From positions 330,279 to 394,278 of the forward strand of contig JAWQFM010000004.1 in NCBI GenBank assembly GCA_033442325.1: 64,000 bases of DNA, in the 5' to 3' direction. The position numbers and the translations under genes are program-made. The DNA comes from Salpingoeca rosetta. Its lineage: Eukaryota > Protista > Choanoflagellata. Below the pieces are notes generated by a model that had not been told where the DNA came from, did no database searches, and worked only from the letters and a program-made list of their open reading frames with translations. Of this stretch, positions 52,848 to 64,000 are shown one piece after another. Each line of letters opens with the position of its first letter. Position 1 is the first letter of the stretch.

Positions 52848-53184
52848 ATTGTGTGTCTCTCTGTGTGGTTTCCATTGGCTGTGTTCTTAAGGATTGTGTA
52901 TATTGGATTTCAATCAAGTGGTGTTGCACCATGTAAACGAACCCCCAGCAATCAGCGCCAAGGGAAGAACAGCAGACCAGCTGCCGATGTATTGTGACAC
53001 CAACAGACACACGCAGAGGGAGACAGATACAGACATACACACACATACACGCACGTTAGTCGAGGTGGCGGAACTGGTCGAGGAGGGGCTTGAGTCGGCT
53101 GTTGCGGCGCTCGTAATGGTTCGTGCGGCGGCCGTGGCGGAATTCGTGGTGGTCGTATGCATGGCGGTCGTGCTGGTGGTGGAA

Positions 53185-53217
<33 letters not shown>

Positions 53218-53228
53218 TGTGTGTGTGT

Positions 53229-53270
<42 letters not shown>

Positions 53271-53624
53271 NNNNNNNNNNNNNNNNNNNNNNNNNNNNNN
53301 NNNNNNNNNNNNNNNNNNNNNNNNNNNNNNNNNNNNNNNNNNNNNNNNNNNNNNNNNNNNNNNNNNNNNNACAATCTGATCAAGCACTGCAGCGAGGATG
53401 CAGGGGAGGGGGATGGAGAGGGGGTGAGATGGAAGAAGTCGGTGGCAAGGGAGGGTGAGGGAGTAGCTATTGGAGTCTTGCACACTTGGTGGGCGACAGC
53501 GACACCTAAAACAGCAAGATGAAGGATGAGCAACAACAACAACAATAGCAACAACAACAGCAACAACAGCAACAACAGCAACAATAGCAGCAACAATAGC
53601 AGCAGCAGCAGCAGCAGCAGCGGA

Positions 53625-55389
<1,765 letters not shown>

Positions 55390-55511
55390 ATCCGCCCACT
55401 GTTACTTACTGCAAAGGCAAAATTGACTTTGATGGATGGCGAAAAGGCAAAATTGCTATTTGCACACTTCGCACGCACAGCAGCAGAGATAGCAGCAAGG
55501 CAGACTCGGAG

Positions 55512-58428
<2,917 letters not shown>

Positions 58429-58594
58429 GTGCGCTGTGTGTGCTTGCGTGTGCATGTGCATGTGTGTATGTGTTTGTGCGTGTCTGTGTCCCTTGCTCCA
58501 TCTCTGCCCATCTCGGTCGTGTCACAGTTCTCTTCCCTCCACTCACCACGGCTGCATCGCATCCCATCCCATCCACACGTCCCCCTCCTCTGCG

Positions 58595-58687
<93 letters not shown>

Positions 58688-59379
58688 TACGAGTGTCATT
58701 AGAAGTAGCTAGGTAGATCACACACTCACACACNNNNNNNNNNNNNNNNNNNNNNNNNNNNNNNNNNNNNNNNNNNNNNNNNNNNNNNNNNNNNNNNNNN
58801 NNNNNNNNNNNNNNNNNNNNNNNNNNNNNNNNNNNNNNNNNNNNNNNNNNNNNNNNNNNNNNNNNNNNNNNNNNNNNNNNNNNNNNNNNNNNNNNNNNNN
58901 NNNNNNNNNNNNNNNNNNNNNNNNNNNNNNNNNNNNNNNNNNNNNNNNNNNNNNNNNNNNNNNNNNNNNNNNNNNNNNNNNNNNNNNNNNNNNNNNNNNN
59001 NNNNNNNNNNNNNNNNNNNNNNNNNNNNNNNNNNNNNNNNNNNNNNNNNNNNNNNNNNNNNNNNNNNNNNNNNNNNNNNNNNNNNNNNNNNNNNNNNNNN
59101 NNNNNNNNNNNNNNNNNNNNNNNNNNNNNNNNNNNNNNNNNNNNNNNNNNNNNNNNNNNNNNNNNNNNNNNNNNNNNNNNNNNNNNNNNNNNNNNNNNNN
59201 NNNNNNNNNNNNNNNNNNNNNNNNNNNNNNNNNNNNNNNNNNNNNNNNNNNNNNNNNNNNNNNNNNNNNNNNNNNNNNNNNNNNNNNNNNNNNNNNNNNN
59301 NNNNNNNNNNNNNNNNNNNNNNNNNNNNNNNNNNNNNNNNNNNNNNNNNNNNNNNNNNNNNNNNNNNNNNNNNNNNNNC

Positions 59380-59500
<121 letters not shown>

Positions 59501-59503
59501 ACG

Positions 59504-60492
59504 ATGGTGAAGGGCGAGCGTTTGTCTGCGCCAGTTGCGCGCCTGTTCCAGTGCCACTACAATCAGCAATGCGATGGCGATGATGACGGTGGTGATGGTG
59601 GAGACGTGCTTGCGCTGTGCGGCATTGCCAGAAGCGCTGCAGGGCCGTGTTGGCCACGAATGACGCTCCTCTTGCAAGCCATGCAGAAGCTTCACGGTGG
59701 TGATGGTGCCAGCCAGCGCGATGACGACTCATTGGATGGACGTGCCGTGTACGCTGCTGCCATGGCGCTCTCTCGCCTACTGCAGCAGCAGTGGTCAGGT
59801 AGCTACGACGGGCACTGCGCTCATCCGTTCAGTCATCAGGATGAAGACGGCACAGCTGAGCACGATGCAGACCTGCTAACTGAGGATGCAATTGCGCTCG
59901 GGCTGCGCGTGACGGCTGCGCTGGAGACCGACCTGCGCCACGCCTTGAAGCACGCCGCGTCTGCCAGTGAGGCCCGCCAGTGCCACCTGCTGCGACAGGT
60001 CATCCAGCACCCGGCCATCGGCCAGCGCATTGGATACGAGTGTCAGACGTTGCTGCTCATCGTCGCCGGCCCACCACAGAGCCTCAACCTGCGCAACCTC
60101 CTCTGGCATGGGTTCCTGGACCAGGGCGACTTACCTGCACCCATGCTCGGCTTGCTCTGCGCAGTCGCCTCTCACGTGCACGCTGCTGTCTCCGCCACAT
60201 GTGGCCCGCCCCCGTTCCGCCCCAAGCTGTCCAGACCGCTGCCCATCTCCATCCAAACGGGCACCGACGTGTCACAGCCACAGTCATTCCTTGCATGGGC
60301 AGGGGAGATGCGCGATGCCAACGCTGTCACTGCCCTTCGACACGGCGACGCTGGACGCTTCTACAACGCCTGCGCCCTCATGCTCGTGTCCATCGAGCAC
60401 CAGCTCCGCCTCGTACGTTGCAGTGTGTGCGTGTGTGTGTATGTATGTGTGTGTACGTGTGTGTGTGTACGTGTGTATGTGTGTGTATGTGT

Positions 60493-60555
<63 letters not shown>

Positions 60556-61849
60556 TGCACTCCCCACTGCGTCCTTGCTGGTGCCCACTGCCCTCTAATG
60601 CATGTTTTCCCCATCCACACCCACATGCTGGGCACTGCAGTGGTTTGCCAAGGCCAATGGCTGCGAGGAGCGAGCTGTAACCGCCATGAACAGCGAGCTC
60701 TTCACCACCTTTGACCACATCCTCAGCCCTCGCGTTGCCCGTCCTTCAGGCCATGACACACATGACGATGATGGTGGTGATGATGTTCAGCCGAATGCCC
60801 TGTGGCGGCATCTCGGGCCAGGCGTCATTGAACTCTTGTACGACCTCCTCGTCTTGCCCAAGGTAAACGCGGATGCACGTGTGTTGCGCATGCGCATGTG
60901 TGTGCGTGTGTGTGCGCGCGCGTGTGTGTGTGTGTGCAAGCAAGATGGAGACGAGGGAGAGGATGACAGACATGCACAGATACGCACACACACATGCGTG
61001 CACACACACATGCACGCACACACACACACACACAGACACACACACTAACTTGAACTGCTGCTGCGCTGTGGATGGTACAGGGACCTCGGTTGCGTGATCG
61101 CTTGAGCCATGGCAACATCGCAGACATCAGGCACGCGTCGTGGTGGCAGTGCGTGGCGCACATTGGCCGCGCCGTGCACACGCACAACACATGCACGCCT
61201 CAGTTCAGTAGGTACACCAGCACACTTCACCCGGCATACGACACGCAGCACCACCTCGCCCGTTCATGGGCTGTGCTCAACACGCTACACGCCGCGTACA
61301 ACGCATGCCTTCCCACACACGGCAGCAGCACCCGTGGCAACGACAGTTGTGATGATGTTGAACAGAGAAGTCGTACAAGCCACCACAACGCTTCCAGCAG
61401 CGAACCTGAAGAAGAAGACAAAGACGATGACGATGACAATGATGATACATCAGGGCCAGCGCTGCCCACATCGGCACACCGCATCCTCTCTCAAGTCGTC
61501 AGCGACGATGACAGCGGTGATGAGTTGCAAAGCACTGCACAGCAGCTGCAACAACTCTTCCTTGGCGCATATCACGGTGAACGTAGCACCACCACCACCA
61601 CCAACAACAACCACAGCAGCAGCAGCAGCCAGCAGAGGAATGAAGGGCATGCTGAGCGCTGTCACTGTGCAGAGGCAGACATCGTCGCAGCCCTGGAGCA
61701 GGTCCCAGCTTCCATGTTTGAGGCCAAGTGGTGGACGGAGCACAGCGGCGACGCCGTTGTATCCGCTGTCATGCACACGCACAACCGCAATTTGAACCCA
61801 CGCGCATATGTACGTGGAATCACCCTCTCCGCCCCAAAGCGGAGACAGG

Positions 61850-61889
<40 letters not shown>

Positions 61890-63147
61890 CAGGGGAGCAA
61901 GGCGTGATGGAGACATTCGTTGTGCAGGGTGCAGCGTGGTGGTGCCATGTTCTCGTGATGATGCCAAGGATGATGATGATGACGATGATGATGATGATGA
62001 CGATGATGACGATGGCAATCACAATGACGCCGCGCGTGTGTGCACGTGGTTGCGCTTCGTGCCGGCGTGTGGACGGCTGGCGGTGCTTGACGCAACTCGC
62101 GAGCAGAGCAAACTGGTCAACGCCATTCACAAGTGCGCGAGCACGCTGCACCGCACGTGTGCGCGCGTGTGCGAGACGTGGGTTACGCGAATGGCGGCGG
62201 AGGCACGTGGCCGCATCTCCACGCGTGGATACATTGCCCACGGAAAGATGCAGCGGGTCATCCCTGTTGTCGTGCGCACGCTGCGGTTGGTGGCGCTGGC
62301 ACTCAGCTGTGGAGCTCTGTGCCTGCAGGCACGGCGGCGCGTACGGATGCTANNNNNNNNNNNNNNNNNNNNNNNNNNNNNNNNNNNNNNNNNNNNNNNN
62401 NNNNNNNNNNNNNNNNNNNNNNNNNNNNNNNNNNNNNNNNNNNNNNNNNNNNCAGCAGCAGCAGCGCAGGGGAGCAAGGCGTGATGGAGACATTCGTTGT
62501 GCAGGGTGCAGCGTGGTGGTGCCATGTTCTCGTGATGATGCCAAGGATGATGATGATGACGATGATGATGATGATGACGATGATGACGATGGCAATCACA
62601 ATGACGCCGCGCGTGTGTGCACGTGGTTGCGCTTCGTGCCGGCGTGTGGACGGCTGGCGGTGCTTGACGCAACTCGCGAGCAGAGCAAACTGGTCAACGC
62701 CATTCACAAGTGCGCGAGCACGCTGCACCGCACGTGTGCGCGCGTGTGCGAGACGTGGGTTACGCGAATGGCGGCGGAGGCACGTGGCCGCATCTCCACG
62801 CGTGGATACATTGCCCACGGAAAGATGCAGCGGGTCATCCCTGTTGTCGTGCGCACGCTGCGGTTGGTGGCGCTGGCACTCGCTGTGGAGCTCTGTGCCT
62901 GCAGGCACGGCGGCGCGTACGGATGCTACAGCACAACTGCGTGGTACTTTGAGCACGCGGGTGACGGCGGCTGTCGTGATGACAGACGCGGCGGTGGTGA
63001 CGGTGATGATGAGGATGACGAGGATGAGGATGATGGGAATGAGGATGATGGTGACGACGATGCCAATGACAACGGAGACGAGAAGCATGCTGACATCAAC
63101 GACCACAACATCAACGACCGCACCAACGACTCCAACAGCAGCAACAA

Positions 63148-63178
<31 letters not shown>

Positions 63179-63346
63179 CATTACTACCACCATCCCCCGC
63201 GCGTCGACCGGCGGTGCGCGCGTCTGAAGACACTGCTGCAGTTTGAGCAGCACGTGGCGACGAAGGCGAGCGGTCTGCACTGGGACGACGTGGACACCAT
63301 CTGCCGTGCCATCCTCGCCACTTTAGGTGGTATGCACACGGGGTGA
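59504..63346 (+). CDS. ERMARD: ERMARD/C6orf70-like (DUF4209) protein; exons 59504-60412, 60641-60862, 61081-63346 (last exon scrambled by a gap/duplication)
   Basis: GPPQSLNLRNLLWHGF, IEHQLRL|WFAKANGCEERAVTAMNSELFTTFDHILS and LYDLLVLPK|GPRLRDRLSHG match ERMARD conserved blocks. Introns are GT-AG and in phase. Confidence 0.8.
61876..62929 (+). repeat. About 477-bp direct duplication flanking a 100-N gap
   Basis: 61876-62352 is repeated at 62453-62929 (offset 577), differing by a small indel near gcactcagctgt/gcactcgctgt. Confidence 0.9.
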
Positions 63347-63569
63347 TTGCACGTGCATTTTGAGTGTGTTCTGTGATGTGTGTACGTGTGCGTGTGTGTG
63401 TGTGTGCTGTGATGTGTGTACGTGTGTGCGTGTGTGCGTGTGTGCGTGTGTGTATGTGTATGCGCGAGTGTGTTGTGATGTACGTTACTGCGTCTATCAG
63501 TCCCTCTCCCCCGTCTCTTCTCTCGTGCCTTGTCTGCTGCCCCCCCCCCCCCTTGTCTCTCTCCTCCCC

Positions 63570-63615
63570 AAACTGTACTTGGAGATTGAATCAAACTGTA
63601 CTTGGAGATTGAATC
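63570..63615. repeat. 23-bp tandem duplication
   Basis: aaactgtacttggagattgaatc occurs twice. Confidence 0.85.
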
Positions 63616-63860
63616 TATTCATCGCCTTAACCGAGTGCCAAACAAGCGCACGAAGCACAGACATTCATGCACCCATACGTGCTGGCACGGAAAGTAATGT
63701 AACAACTGCAAACTGTCTGACACACAAGACGCAACACAACTGCGCCCACAAAGCTTCCATCGCGCCGACACACACACACACACACACACACTTGACACAA
63801 GCGCACACATACACACACACTTGACACAAACACACTTGACACACACACACACTGTACACA

Positions 63861-63968
<108 letters not shown>

Positions 63969-64000
63969 CTGGTTGCTTACGGCGTCACTGCTGTTCGTTC

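Noticed and set aside
61876-62929. Internal domain duplication in the ERMARD-like gene
   Set aside because: Near-identical copies flank a nominal 100-N gap, the classic pattern of unmerged contig overlap.

Overview
Eukaryotic, GC-rich draft genomic DNA with GT-AG introns full of (CA)n/(GT)n microsatellites, long poly-Q tracts and seven N gaps. The style suggests a choanoflagellate such as Salpingoeca rosetta; this is inferred, not confirmed. The window has two parts. (1) About 1-47.6 kb is an accessory, receptor-rich, partly decaying region. It contains a HET/TIR-like + TPR protein, a degenerate-LRR protein, a frameshifted NWD1/2-like (DUF4062-NACHT-WD40) gene with an MGC acylation motif, and an intronless NACHT-WD40 NLR-like gene with a putative SAM + MLKL/Cbl-like helical N-terminus and homogenised WD40 repeats. 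It also holds two paralogous LRR-receptor TKL kinases, three paralogous secreted KWxGGVL-repeat propeller proteins, an HDEL-tailed ER protein, a Ulp1-like relic and a dead copper P1B-ATPase. (2) About 48-64 kb is a housekeeping block: a UBE2L3-like E2, RAD9, a Cid1/TUTase-like nucleotidyltransferase lacking its 5' catalytic part, MRPS9 and an ERMARD-like gene, plus two duplications that are probably assembly artefacts. The main hypothesis is that part 1 is an innate-immunity / non-self-recognition gene cluster in a unicellular relative of animals. All domain calls come from reading motifs by eye; no searches were run.
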